This document shows, piece by piece, positions 23,516 through 37,289 of a stretch of DNA of 64,000 bases (its first letter is position 1; each line of letters begins with the position of its first letter). The notes below the pieces were generated by a model. It saw only the letters and a list, made by a program, of their open reading frames with translations. It was not told the DNA's origin and ran no database searches. The position numbers were made by a program, and so were the translations under genes. The DNA comes from Paecilomyces variotii. Taxonomy: Eukaryota. The DNA is taken from assembly GCA_004022145.1 (NCBI GenBank), contig RCNU01000002.1. One strand, given 5' to 3'.

Positions 23516-24824
23516 TTACAACGTCTTCTTTCCCGATTCCTGCCTTTCCCGCTCGACTATGTATCCCACAGCTCTGGCGAGGCCCTCGTCAACCGGCACG
23601 ATGGGCTTGTAACCAAGCCTGAGCTTGGCCTTGTTACACGAGTAGTAACGCGTCATACACGAGTATCGCACAGTCTGCCTCGTCAGGCGCGGCTTCTTGC
23701 CAAATAGCCCCAGTACTGTTTCCGCAATTCCACCCACGACACCTAGGAGTCCCTCCGGAAGCTCCCAGACTTCATGTGGCTCCACCACTTTACCACTCAG
23801 CGCCCAAGCGGCCCTGGTCATGTCCCAGAAATATACCGGTGAGTCGTTTGTGACATTGAAGGCCTCTCCGTCTACACGCTCGTGGTCGAGGACCGCACCC
23901 AGACCAGACTCGTACCGCAAGAAGGTAGCGAGGAGCGCCTTGGCCGCAAGCATGTGAGCATAGGCCACATTTCCGACGTAGGTAAAGTCGAAGAGGTTGT
24001 TGTTTTCTCCGAGTTGCAAGCGGAGGACGGCAGGGGATGCCTTGGAGGCGTGCTCGAGAATCTTGAAGGTGAACGTGGTGTCCTTCTCGCCGTAGATACC
24101 AGCCGGCCTGACAGCGCAAGTGAGCATTCCAGACGGCGAGGCGCGGTTGTACTTGAGAATCATCTCCTCTGCGTCCGCCTGCATAGCACCACCTAGTTAG
24201 ACATCTCCTGTTCCCGCATTTCGCTCAACGCAAACGTCGCGATTGAAACCGTACCTTCGTCTCTGAATAGTATTCCACCTGCAGCCTGCCCCGGATATAA
24301 GGCCATTCCTCGTTCACATTAACCAGGTCACTCTGCGTGTCGTGCACCACTGATGAGGAACTCGTGTAGACAAACGCCTTGCACTTTCCACCCCAGTCAC
24401 CCGCCGCGCCGCCCGCGACTTCCAGCAGGTTCTTGGCTCCATCCACATTGACCTTGCGCAGCAATTCCTTGTTTCCATCCAACATTAATGAAGCCGTATG
24501 CATCACTACGTCCGGCCTGACCTTGCGAAAGACCTCAAGCATAGATTCCTTCGACGTAAGATCGCCATCGTAGTATGTCGCTCCCGGCAAGCGATTGTTC
24601 GTCGTCTTCAGGTCGACAACGGCCACCTTGGCCTTGTAGCTCGGATAACGGTCACGCGCGGGTGGGTAGTCAAATCGCTTGTCACCCTGAGGTTTGGGGA
24701 GGGCAGCGCTGGGGTCCGTTTCCGATGGGAAGTTGAGCAGCTGATCGACGATATGCGAGCCGACAAACCCGCAGCCGCCGACGACCAGGACGGTGCCCAG
24801 GTCGATGGGATTTCTTGTCGCCAT
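23516..24824 (-). CDS. ERG26: C-3 sterol dehydrogenase / C-4 decarboxylase (3-beta-HSD family)
   Basis: Rossmann motif VVGGCGFVG, YTSSSSV, catalytic YSETK|A across intron 24179-24254, RPAGIYGE, FDFTYVGNVAYAH. The C-terminal KKTL fits a KKxx ER-retrieval signal. Confidence 0.92.
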
Positions 24825-25446
24825 TTTCGGACCCTTGATCGTTTGCAGGGTCGAGAGCAGTTTCGTGGCGACCTACGGCGAAAGGGTAGTTGTAGAAGAT
24901 CGAAGCCCGAGTGGACAAGAATACAAACAGGTCAGGGGATCGACCTAGCCCCGGAGTCGAAGCTTGGACCACCGCTAATCCAACGGATATTACTCCGTAT
25001 CGTATTGCCATTATGAGTCTGAGATCCTCAACATGTCTGACAATCGGCCTATCTTCACGCCTACTTGAGTCAATGGCGCCACCAAATCAAAGAACTTATT
25101 TCCTATAGAGTACTTTGAGAATGATCTATTGCGTATGCTGCGGTCAAGAGCGACCGACACTTGGTATCTTCTCCGATGTAAGGAGGGCTCGTTTTTTTAA
25201 CAGCAAATTCTCTATTTCATGGTAAGATTATTAAATACAGCTCTAATTCATGTTCATGTTTGCTCTTTTCCGGCTCCATTAATTTGAAGAAGTTCACCCG
25301 TCTGCAAAGTGAGGACTGTGGAGGAGAAATCGGGACCAGCCATAACCTAAACTCCCAGCCGATGCCAAGGCTAATGTAACAGCAGCGTCAAGAAAACAAT
25401 CTAGAGAAGAAGTAAGGCATATGCAATGATGGAGACCATCTGACAT

Positions 25447-27261
25447 TCAAGCATAGATCTCCCTGTACAATGTTAGAATGCCCAGCCGTGCTCGGAAGAT
25501 AGGTTCTACTTACTCCACGCTGTTTTCAACCGAACGGCGCAGGGCGCGGTTGTATTTCTTCCTGTCTTCTGCAGAACCCCAAAAGAGCTTTGAGGCTTCT
25601 GGGTGGACAGTGGTTCTAGGGTCGTATGGAGGTGACTCCTCTTCCAAAGCATCCACAATACCCTCGATGTGATATCTCATCTCATCCGGTCGACGAGCGA
25701 AGTAGCAGAGGATACCGTCGTCTTTGGATACTCGATGATGGAAAAGGGGAGTGCGAACGAAGACTCGTGGCTGTTCATCAGGGAATCGTGGACTGAGCGA
25801 GATCTTGATTTTGAAGACTCCACCGTCCAGATGCGTCATAGGTTTACCGAAATAGGTGAGCTCCCAGAGGAACGGGTTCCCGTCCACTATGGAGAGGTCG
25901 ATAGTGAAGTTCTTCTTCAAGTCCTCCACTATCTGCTCATGTTGTCGCTGAAGGTTGACCGCGATTCCTACCTCCTGCTCCTTTGCGGCGAGTCCTTCCA
26001 GAGCCCACCTCTGTGTTTCTGCAGCAATCGTCTGCCTAATGAACTGCATCCGCTTTTTCAGCTCCGGATAGTCGAAGTGCCCCTCCATCGAATTTCCATG
26101 GCCCTCGAATGGCATCTCAGTGAACCTCTCCTTGACACCCACTTCCTCCTCGGCCTTGTCGATAGCTTGCATGTACGAGTCGTAATACCAGAGGAAGCGT
26201 CTCTTTCTCAAGTCATTGAAAGGTTCGAATGGTGCTCTCTCTTCCTTTATCAGCTGGTCGTCATCAGCAGCTTCACTTGCCCATTCATCCGCCTGCGCAA
26301 CAACTGTCCCGTCGGGCTGGATCCCAAGAGAATCTTCCAGTGGTTGAATGACAGCAATACGTAAAGTCTCATGACGGATCTAACGTAACATTAGAATGTT
26401 GATGGGATTACGGAAGGTATATCCTTACCTTGGTGACGTAGAGTTCCATGTTCTTTCTGTGTTCCTTGTCCCTACAGTCTTCGTACCCAGGTTCGTTCTC
26501 ATACGGGTTCGAAGACATCAGACTCTGGATAGAAATTAGTATTGACTCCAAGCCTTGCGCTGATGACCACTGCTCCCCACTCTCCCCGCGCCACGTCCTG
26601 GTCAGCGATTAGCTTCCTGCTGTAGATCGGGATACAGACAGTTACCCTAGTATCGACCTATTGAAGCAATCAGCCACATAAGCACTATGACCAGGGACGC
26701 GAAAACACGTACAAGCAGACTTTTCCAGTTGCATATATGTTAGGATTGAAGCGGCAGCGACCACCGTTCGTAGTCATTGCTTTGACATGGGGAGGATTGG
26801 CCGGATAGTCTGGGAGCAGACTCGTCAGCCATCGCAAAGAAGCATACAGAGACGACACCACCTTTGGGAAATTTGATCGAAAACTATATATAGCTTGATG
26901 TCAATATGCAACATCTCTATCGAGGGAAGGGTATCTCTATAAACTTACTTCAAAGAAGCCGAATTCGTAGGGAGTCTCAGGTGGGCCAACAATTAGAGCC
27001 TTCACATTGCGGATATCAGAGTCCTCACACGCGACAGCCAGAGCTGACAATTCGATCAGTCTCGCGTCACTATATGGAGAGTAATAATGTCTTTGATTGG
27101 TGAAACTTACAGAGGTCCGTTCCTTGCTGGATCTGTCGGATTTCCTGATACCTCATCAAACGGGCGTCTCATCAGCAAGTGGAACTTGGCAAATCATACC
27201 ATACAGAGTGCAGCTGCAGAGGACTTACGCGCGTGATGCGCAGAATTGCTTGGTCTGACAT
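25447..27261 (-). CDS. Ubiquitin-conjugating enzyme, UBE2Z/USE1-like N-terminal UBC plus a second C-terminal UBC-fold domain; about 9 exons
   Basis: Spliced: [121 protein letters not shown]..|IRHETLRI... Second domain [36 protein letters not shown] probable last intron at 25463-25513 gives the ending ..SVEEIYA*. Confidence 0.88.
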
Positions 27262-28810
27262 TTCAATAACAACAGTAGGTGCCTGATGTTCTCGCTCACT
27301 GCTTGCTGTTGTGCTCGATGTTGTGATGGTAGAATGCAGAGCTTGACCTGAGCAGGCTTTAAACTCACTCGAAGGTGGGTTGACAACACTCTCGGACAAC
27401 GAGGAAAACTAAAAAGGGAAGACAAGACGGGAGTTGCCCTCACTCTCTGACGTTCTGTTGCTGTCAATGACAAATTGTACAGTGCCTCCAGAACATAGTG
27501 ACGAGAGCCGGGGAAGCGCCAGCCTGCCTCAGCCTCAGCCTTGGGAACAGACCTGCTATTCCTGACCCATGGAAGGCAATAACGCGCAGGCTGCAGTCAC
27601 GGCGCTTCAGGCTGCACAGAGCCTGCTATCTACGAGGTACCAGGATAGATTTTACGGTGTAATAATCGCTGCTATTATTAACAGCAGCCCGAGTCAAAGA
27701 CAGTTGTAGACCCAACCAAAGAGATCGCCAGAGTAGGCGCTGTTTCAGCCAACCGGCGTTCCCCACGACAGCCATCGTGTCAAAGTACCGCGTCTCACCG
27801 TATTCTGTGGTTCAGAGCGGGTTCTTGTACCTGGGAATACCAAAGTTACCGTACCTAGCCGCCCGTCTCCTCCTCTCCCCGCTTTCTCATCAGCGCATAC
27901 AACAGACGTCTTTTATTTGGCCTCACGTTGGAACAGCACGCCCAATCATGACAGTGAAGCACGTCCTCTGTCAGCAGCAGGACCCTCCTTCACGATTCCA
28001 TGTTCTCTCCGTTACCCTTGATTATTTCGCTACTGCCGATCTATATCTGTTCAATCTATATACGCTATTTTAGCGGTATGGAAGGCGGTCAACAACGGCT
28101 CACGTGATGCTGTCTAGCGGGCATGGAGCAACATGAAGCATAGGGGGGCAACACCAGCATCTTGTCACTCCACAACAACATCTGGTTTCCCTCCTTTGAG
28201 TCTCTCACGCGTTCTTTGGGCGGGTTCATCTCCACTGTGTCTCCAGTCTACGAGCTGCGCCTCCCTGAGGAGACTGTCGCTGATATCCCAGGTCACCAAC
28301 AGGACGGGAATGATTGTTATCCTGTCCGCCAGCGTGCTCCGCCGCCTGTTGGTCTCACCTTGAGGTCCAACGCGTGAACCAGCAAACAGGAACCTGTTGA
28401 TATCTGGAGACCTCTTCCAGAGTCGTGGCCATTTCTGAGATACCCCATCGCTCATCGTCTATCGACATTACCACTACTTTTTCGATCCAGTCGGCTGAGA
28501 GTTATTCCCCAACTTCTCATATCTGCATGTCTTGAGAGGTCGAACACCGGCAGAAATTCGAAAACATTCGAGGATATTTTCAAGGAAGCGGAGTCGCAGT
28601 CTATGAGGGAAAGACCTTACATCTTGATTAGTTGAGCGATATCTCCGTATCGGAAGCAACCACTTGCTCGCTCCTTCACGCTGTCCGGCATAAGCGCCTA
28701 CGTTGCCTACTATCAACGAGCGTATCCGATATACGAGTGACACGGTGGGATTCAGCGGAAGCAGTTGCCATTAGATATTTGATTACACGACGGAGGAGTA
28801 GCCGACGGCC

Positions 28811-31800
28811 ATGCCTCCCGGAGGCTCAGCGCTGCCGGATAGCCTCGTGCCTGGCAAGGGAGCAGGAGCAGATCAAGGCTCTCGTCCTTCGTTGTCTACG
28901 AGTGGCTATGGCGGGAATAACCAAAACCAGTCGCCAACGTCTCCGCTAGATGGAGGTCTTCCTTTCGGGGGCCTCGATCCTCAATACTCGAGACACGCGG
29001 GTGTCACTAGCTATGCGAATAATGCTGCAGCTGCGCAGCCTCCGGCCGGAGAGAGTGGACTACCAGGTACAGATGGACGTACCGGTCGACGAGAGGAGCC
29101 AGGAAATGCTGGATCGCGAGACGTGTCGTCTGCACGCGAGCAGTCAGCTCACCGTGACAGATCGGGACAACGTGAAAGGGCGCGCACAAATGGGCGGTCG
29201 CACACCAAATCTCCCAGCAGTTCGCCCCGTATTTGTAAAAAGTGCGGGGAGACTCTGACGGGGCAATTTGTTCGAGCTCTGGGCGGTACTTTCCATCTGG
29301 AGTGTTTCAAATGCAGCGTGAGTATTCCACCGGTGTGCCTTCGATGAGTCTCAATCATCCCTAACAATAAGTAGGACTGTGGCCAGATAGTCGCCTCAAA
29401 GTTCTTTCCAGTCGATGCTGAGGATGGCAACGGACAGTATCCTCTGTGCGAGACTGACTACTTCAGACGTCTGAATCTTCTTTGTCACGAGTGCGGTGGT
29501 GCGTTGCGGGGCTCGTACATCACAGCCTTGGACCGTAAATACCACATTGAACACTTTACCTGCTCAGTGTGCCCGACTGTTTTTGGTGCTCAAGATTCAT
29601 ACTACGAGCATGAGGGCAAAGTCTACTGTCATTATCACTATTCAACCCAATTTGCTCAACGCTGCAATGGCTGCCACACAGCTATCCTGAAGCAGTTCGT
29701 TGAGATATTCCGCAACGGACAGAATCAACACTGGCATCCAGAATGCTACATGATACACAAATTCTGGAATGTCCGACTGGCTCCTGCAGGCCAGCTTCTG
29801 GAGCGACCAGAGTTAGACACCGAGGCAACAGACGAGGACCGCGATCGGGTGCGGCAGGAAGAGGATGTTATGGAAGAGAAAGTCTATAAGATATGGAGTA
29901 TTCTCTCGGCATTTGAGGAATCTTCAGCTGCTTGCATTTCAGACATGTTGCTGCATGTAAGCAATGGCGCATATGTCGATGGTGTTGTTGTCGCTCGAAG
30001 ATTTATCGGTCATGTCGACGTGCTCTTCCATGCCATAGACGACCTGGCTGCGGTTATGAAGGAACAGGGAATGAAAGGTAAAAGCAGTCTTTCTGGCGTA
30101 CGACTTCTCTCAACTAACACTGAACAGACCTTGCGTACGGTCGCGAAGCGAAGCTGCTTTGCAAAAAGATTGTGGCCTTCTTTTCCTTGCTTTCCAAGAC
30201 TCAAGAGACCGGCGTGCGGAAGCTTGGTGTAACGCAAGAGCTACTCTCGCTGGTTACAGGCCTCGCTCACTATCTTAAACTCCTCATCCGTATCGGCTTG
30301 CAAGGTACCTTAAAACTCGAAAGGGAGAAAGAGAGTTCTGCTGGTCTGCACCAATTTCTCGACCAACTGAGCGACGTAGAATCTCTCAAGCCTACAGACG
30401 ATACCTCGGCCGATGTTATGGCAGGGGTTTCTGGCCTCGCTGACCAGCAGTCCGATTGCTGCACAGCATGTAGAGAGCCGATTGATGACGAGTGCATAAT
30501 TCTGGGGGAGCGCAGATGGCACTTGAAGCCTCCGCATCTGCAGTGTGCTGCATGCCAGAAGGATTTGACTGTTGACCTCGCAGATGGAAAGTGGAACGAG
30601 ACCAATAACAGGGTGTTCTGCAGCAGCTGTGCTATCCAGAAGGGCCACGCTCCGGAAGCCAAGGGAGGCTTCGCGCGCGTGACCAAGCTACGCCAGTATA
30701 TATTCCTGCTTCAGGTCGCTCTTGCGAGGCTTCTTTCAGTCCTCCGATCCGGTGGTTCTCTCCCCCATACATCAGGTATGTATCTACCAGTTGCACTGCG
30801 TCAATCTTACTGATCGTTCGCGACAGAGGATCCCAATCTACAACAATACGAGGCTAATGAAGGGCATCGGGTGTCCCCAACAGGCGAACTCACATCGCCG
30901 CCTCATAGGTCGAACACACGTTCGAGATCCTATGCTGGCTCATCCAAGGATGCCCCGGAAGAATCATCGCTGGAGCAGACGGTCGGTGAAATGCGGAGGC
31001 TACGCTCAACCAGGAACGAACGGACCCTGTCGACCACCTACAAGAAAGCCCGTGCATCAAGGATCATCGATGGTCCGGAAGGAAGGAGTGTCCGACCTGG
31101 CTCCTCAGGCGGCGACGGCGCTGAGTCTCGAAACCCTGGATTCCAAATTGTAGAGGAGAAATATGCCAATGGAGAAACCGTCACTGAGCTGACATTCGGT
31201 AACCAGGATGCTTTGACACTGGATGATATTCCCAGAATCGTTGCGGCTGAGCAAGCCAAAGAGCAGCGCCCAAACGCCTATAAACACGCTGGTACCAATC
31301 TTATCAGCAGCCCAGACAATGCTAAATTCGTCCCCGGCCACCAGAGAGGACTTTCCGGTCCTATGGACGCTATGCAACTGGCCGATGCATCCGCTGGAAG
31401 GACTAAGAAATACTTCTCCGAACTGTCAGCCCTTGAATACTTCATTGTGCGCCACGTTGCCGTTTTGTCCATGGAACCATTGCTGGAAGGCCACTTCAAC
31501 CTGGAGGAGCTTCTTTCTTTGATCGAATCTCGCAAGCCGACCATCTGGAATATTTTTGGGCGCGCTTTCAACAAGGAGAACAAGAAGGGTGGAAAGAGGA
31601 AAGGTGTTTTCGGTGTCGCTCTTGACTATCTCGTCGAGAAGGATGGTGCAGAGTCAACCCATGGCGTCGGTCCCGGTGCTCTTAGGATTCCAGCATTAGT
31701 TGATGATGCTGTTTCTGCTATGCGTCAGATGGATATGTCAGTGGAGGGTGTTTTCCGGAAGAATGGCAACATTCGCCGCCTGAAAGACCTCGCTGAGCTG

Positions 31801-32741
31801 ATCGACAACAAGTACGAGCAGGTCGATCTGAGCAAGGAAAACCCTGTACAGATCGCTGCTTTACTCAAGAAATTCCTCCGGGAAATGCCTGATCCTCTGC
31901 TGACTTTCAAACTTCATCGCCTTTTCGTTATCTCTCAGAAGATTTCGGACCCTGACAAGCAGAAACGCATTCTCCATCTTACCTGCTGTCTCTTGCCCAA
32001 GGCTCATCGCGATACGATGGAGGTTCTATTTGCCTTCCTCAACTGGACATCTTCCTTCTCTCATGTGGATGAGGAGACCGGTAGTAAGATGGACATCCAT
32101 AACCTGGCAACGGTCATAACCCCGAATATTCTTTATTCAAATACAAAGAACGGTGGTATGGATGAGAGCTTCCTGGCCATCGAGGCCGTCACGGCTCTGA
32201 TTACATACAATGATACTATGTGCGAGGTAAGGTCCATTCGTCCCCCCTTTTTAGGCTAAGTTCTAACGACCTTTGCCAGGTTCCCGACGACCTTCAATCA
32301 ATTCTCAACGATACGTCATTTTTCAACAACAGCGCAGAAATCACGACTAAAGAGATTCTAAAGCGCTATGGCGACTTCGGAAAAGGCGCCCTTCCTCAAA
32401 GAGTGGGCACGAGTGTGGATGTCTCCGGCCAGACAACTTCCAGCCGGGGCAATAACACGCCCGTTGCTGCGCGTATCGAAACCGATCCTTCCCAGGCTAC
32501 AGCATGGCAAATGCAGAGTTCTGTGCGTCATGTGCAAACTCCTAGTGGATCGACATATCCAAGTAAGACGAACCCGCAATCCGGGTTGGAATCCCAACCA
32601 TCGCAGCAAAACGCTTATCGTGACCGCAGCGCCAGTGGCGGGAGCCAGCAGGGCATAAACCGTGCTGCGCAGCCTACCGACCAACAACAACTTCCATACA
32701 GACCTCGTCCTGCTCCTGGTGCCATGGGTGTAGCCGGCTAA
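28811..32741 (+). CDS. LRG1: LIM-domain Rho GTPase-activating protein (Lrg1/Rga1 family)
   Basis: LIM motifs (CKKCGETL..FHLECFKC; CHECGG..HIEHFTCSVC; CNGC..HWHPECY; CTAC..HLQCAAC). RhoGAP domain EGVFRKNG, LLKKFLREMPDPL, KMDIHNLATVITPNI. Four introns near 29318, 30077, 30776 and 32227. Start codon less certain. Confidence 0.92.
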
Positions 32742-34324
32742 TTTATAACTTCTGTTGATGCGTTGATTGTTGCACAGTTGCCACGGTCCGATACAACCTC
32801 TTGTACTCTGCGTTCTGACCAACCCTGTGATTGTTTCATATGGATGGGCTGCCGGAACCCTCAACTTTTGAGCGGACGATTGGTTGAATCTCTTTGATTT
32901 CTTTTTCTTTTCTGATTGACATGACCCGAGTTTCTTGTACAGATGATGGCTGGTTGGTTACCACGGACCGATGTCATTTCTTTCTTTGCTATTCGCTGCT
33001 GTTCGAGTGTGCGACTTTACTTGATTCCCAAAAGGCTATCCGGTTACCCTTTGCCGGGCCTTGTTACTTTGTGTCATTTGAACGTTTTCCAGCAACACCA
33101 CTTTGCTGGATAGGACAGTTTACTTGATAGTGGTCTCCGGGTCATTATCACAGTTGCAATGCTTTTCTTTCCAGCGACCAGGTGTCTGCTTTTGACGAGG
33201 CCGAAAACGCCCCATTTTATTCAATTCTCTTCGAATTACTCAGGACACGACTGCTTATTATTCATCTTGCGACCCCTTTTGTCCTTTCTATCTTACCACT
33301 AATCTTCTGTTCTCGTTCCCCACCTCAACTGGGGCTATTGTGCAGAGTACCGACTTTTTCTTCTTCTTGTTTTCTTGACCGGTGGCGCAGATCCAACTGA
33401 ACTTGCTTTGGAGCCTTTTGTTGCAACTACTACCCCTGAAAGTTTGTGTGTGTTATCAAGTACTATCCCCCTTTTCTTGTCTGTTGGTGCTTCGAATGGA
33501 CGCTCTCGACAAAAAAAATTCTGTTTGCGTGCTCATCTGTCACGTACCACTACCACTCTAACCAGCCTCATTCTATGAATACCATAGCACGTCATGCAGC
33601 TAGAAAGCGGAATCCGCAATCTGCGGGCTGAAAACGGCAAATGTGATTTAGTGAAGCTTTTCCTTCATATTGTCTACAAGACTTTTGTTCCTGTCCGTAT
33701 TAGCACTCGTTTCCTGGAAGTCACGTAGACTATTAATTTGAACTCTGGATGTTATTGGACATGGAAATTAATCATATCATAATTGAACCAACTGAGACAT
33801 TCTGTCTATGCCTATAATTTAGTAGCGCTTGTTTGCAAACCCACGAGAAATCGTACATATGTAAGGAAATAGTTAGCCAAGACCTGCAGTAAACCACGGT
33901 TATTCATTGGTAACTGATATGATATAACACCCGGAGAAGACTCTAGACAAGAAAAAGCAAGCCCCCATATGGACTGATCGATCCCTTATTATTAAAGCAG
34001 AACACAAACGCCTCAAACCCATGCAGAATAAGATAGATACACCAATAACGCTCTTCCAGTTCCCCTGTAATATGATACACCGTTTTGAATGAAGTAAATA
34101 ATGACACGCACAGAATCGATTCGAGATAGTTCGGATGTCGATATTGGCGGGTAGACGGTGGTTTCCCGGGAAACCACGATCGAGAATCATCAACATGCCA
34201 GACAACTGCTTGACCACGTTGAAATCAAGACGTTAGATCTAGCTATATCGTCAGATTTTCCAGGTCTTCCGGTAACGCCTCAACTCGTAATTATGTGACC
34301 GATATGATCCCTCTTAAACAGAGT

Positions 34325-35598
34325 CTAGACTCGTCTTCTCAATACGCGCCGTCCCGTAGCAGGAGTCTCTGAGACTGGCGTTGCTGTGCCAGCCCTTCGG
34401 GACGCGGTGGCGGTCTTCTTAGCAGCCGAGGTGGCTGTTGCGGCTTGGCTCCTGGCAACTGTCTTTTTTGTTGCTGCTGTGGGACCGGCCTTTCTTGTAC
34501 CTGCGCCAGTCCGTGTCGACCTGACGACAGTGGTCCCTGAGGACGTGTTTGAAGCTGTAGTACCACTGCTGACAGTGCGATCCTGTTGGCGGGTTGCTGG
34601 ACGGGCGGGAGACTTCAGCGACGAAGGTGTCGCCCTCGAGGCTGGTCGTGTTGTAGTCTTCCTCGCCTGCGAAGGAGGTCTGTTGTCCTTGGACGCAGTG
34701 TCTCTGGCGCGAGCTCGAGCATTATCAACCATTGCCGCGACCACTGTGCCTGGTTTGATCGGGCTAGAGAGCTTAAATGGAGAGACAGGGCGTGACATGT
34801 AGGACAGGTGATGTTTCTCAGGGGAAGCCTTCAATGGAGAGACAGCGTACGTTCGCGAGTTGTTAGATTTCGGCGATAGTATCTTGGCGTCCGCTTCTCG
34901 CATTGTCTGCGATATAACTCGTGACGGGCCAGCCATAGTCTTTGGATTTCCACGTTTCTTGGGCACATCAATCTTATCATAAGTATCAGTGGATGCCGGT
35001 GCATTTTCCTTGTCTGAGTACAGATTCACTTCGCTATTCTTATGTCAGCTGCCGTCCAAGATTGGATGAAGCGATAGTCTTTACCTTTGACGCTTGATGC
35101 CTCGAGGGTGCGTCTTTCCTGGAGAGATAGATGGATATCTGACATCGCCAGAGGAGGCTTTCACATTGGTAGTAGTTTTGGAGGGTTGTTTCTCGAGTGA
35201 AGGAGCCGCTTGGCCGCTTTGGTTGGCTGACTTGTATTTCTCAAACAATTCGCCTATGTTCGCCTTTCGCAGGGCAACTGGGATCCGATTGACGCGGCGC
35301 TCGATCCGTGCTCGAAGGTCCTGTGCCTGCAGGGCGTAATGGGCACGAAGATTGCGGGCACGCTCGGTGACTATGGTCGTCAGTAATCAAGGGATACAGC
35401 TTTGCGACCACTATGGGTTCAAGACAGGGCACACATACTCTCAAGCTGCAGATTGTCGATAAGAGCCTGTTTCTGGCTTTGTGTGATTCTCAATTTCTTC
35501 TGTACAGGGCCAGTGCTGGGCGTCCATGAGCCGTCGGCGTTGCGCGACTGGTGGTGTTCGTCCGTAGACTTGCGCTTCCTGGACACGGGTGAAGCCAT
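34325..35598 (-). CDS. Borealin/Nbl1 N-terminal-domain protein (chromosomal passenger complex subunit-like) with a low-complexity S/T/A/K tail
   Basis: MASPVSRKRKS...QKQALIDNLQLE|..TERARNLRAHYALQAQDLRARIERRVNRIPVALRKANIGELFEKY matches the Nbl1_Borealin_N pattern. Two introns (~35373-35438 and ~35035-35084). Confidence 0.8.
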
Positions 35599-35973
35599 TT
35601 GAGTCGGAAGCGAGGATATATGCGTGCAAGTAGCAGTGCTATTTCTTTCAGGCAGCAACTCGTGAAGGATCAGTCTGGATCGTCGAAGTACTGGTGGAGA
35701 GAGATGGAGAGACAGAGCGGCGCGAGTTGTGGAGTGAGTTGAGCGCGAGTAAACAACGCTTAGCTGACTTCATCTTAGCGCCGGCGGGCGAAGCTTCAGG
35801 TCGACCTCATCATCATCTCCATAGCAGCTCCAGGCGGCACACCCGATCATCATCCACGTTCACGGCTCATATACTGCAACCACCATACCCTATCTTCGTT
35901 TCTCTTCCTAGAACCGCCTCTATCTCCCCGTTCTTCATCAGTCGGAGCTGTCAGTCTCCGAACAGCCGCCAAG
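35599..35973. promoter_or_regulatory. Short bidirectional promoter between the Borealin-like gene and RPN10
   Basis: Divergent ATGs at 35598 (-) and 35974 (+), only ~375 bp apart. Confidence 0.6.
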
Positions 35974-36999
35974 ATGGTGCTCGAGGCTACCATGGTCATG
36001 TCCGGTTCCCTGTTCCCATCCCCACGGAGGAATCCGTCACTGACATCGTTTACAGTGTGGACAACAGTGAAAGCAGCAGAAATGGAGATTATACGTTAGT
36101 GCGCATCGCTTCCACTTGCTCGAAATACCACTGACATCTATCAGCTCGACACGATGGCAAGCCCAGGTCGACGCCGTCAGCGTCATCCATACGGCCAAGA
36201 TGCGCGCACATCCCCAGTCGGCCGTTGGTCTCATGAGCATGGGCGGTAATGGCCCCGAGGTGCTCTCTACATTCACATCCGACTTTGGCAACATCTTGTC
36301 AGGTCTGCATGGGACTAAGATCCACGGTACCCCTCATTTCTCCTCTGCCATACAAGTCGCTGGTGTACGTCTCTTCGGCCCTTTTTTGGATTCTGGATTC
36401 TAGAACTGACTCCTATGTCCATATAGCTTGCCCTAAAGCACCGATCGGAGAAGTCTCAGCGACAACGCATAATCGTATTCTCTTGCTCTCCCATCGTGGA
36501 GGATGAGAAGAGTCTGGTGAAGCTGGCAAAGAAGATGAAGAAGAGCAACGTCTCGGTCGATATTGTCGCTTTCGGCGATCTCGAGCCGGAATCAACCAAG
36601 AAGTTGGAAGCTTTCATCGAGAACGTGAAGGGAGGCGACGGCTCGCATCTGGCGATCATTCCCCCGGGTCCCAACCTCCTCAGCGAAGAGCTTCAGGCGA
36701 CTCCGATCCTGGGTGGCGAAGGCGGTGCTGGTGCTGGAGAGGATGTCGGCGAGGCCGGTGGTGCATTCGGATTCGAGGATGCCGCAGAGAACGATCCAGA
36801 GCTGGCTTTCGCTCTGCGGTTATCTCTCGAGGAAGAGAAGAACCGACAGGAGAAGGAGAAGCGCGAGCGGGAGGAAGCAGAGGGCAAGGCAGCTCTGGAG
36901 AGCGTTGCCGAAGAAGGGCAGCCGCTTCTCAATCAGAACGGCGAGGCCAGCGGCGATAAGGATAAGAAAGATGGCGGTGACAAGATGGACACGGCGTAG
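35974..36999 (+). CDS. RPN10: 26S proteasome regulatory subunit Rpn10 (vWA + UIM)
   Basis: MVLEATMVI|VDNSESSRNGDYT|STRWQAQ..., LALKHRSEKSQRQRIIVFSCSP, VDIVAFG, UIM DPELAFALRLSLEEE. Three introns. Confidence 0.95.
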
Positions 37000-37289
37000 G
37001 GTCTCTAATATCAATGCTCCGCCTTGAATGACTTTGATGCATGAATGGCGTTTCTTTTACTGTATCTCTAGAATATGTCCTCGGACGATCTCTGAAGCTC
37101 GGATTGACTGGTCTATTATATTATTCGAGCCTACAGCAAGAACTCGTGTGCGCCGAAACATGCCTGATGATACCGACAAAAGTAATTTCCTGATTCGTAC
37201 CTCATGAAAATAGGATACCCAGCCCTCTTCACACGTCTGGTGCTTGTATCTTCCCATCCATCTTTCTTCTGGTTGTTTTTCTCTGACAC

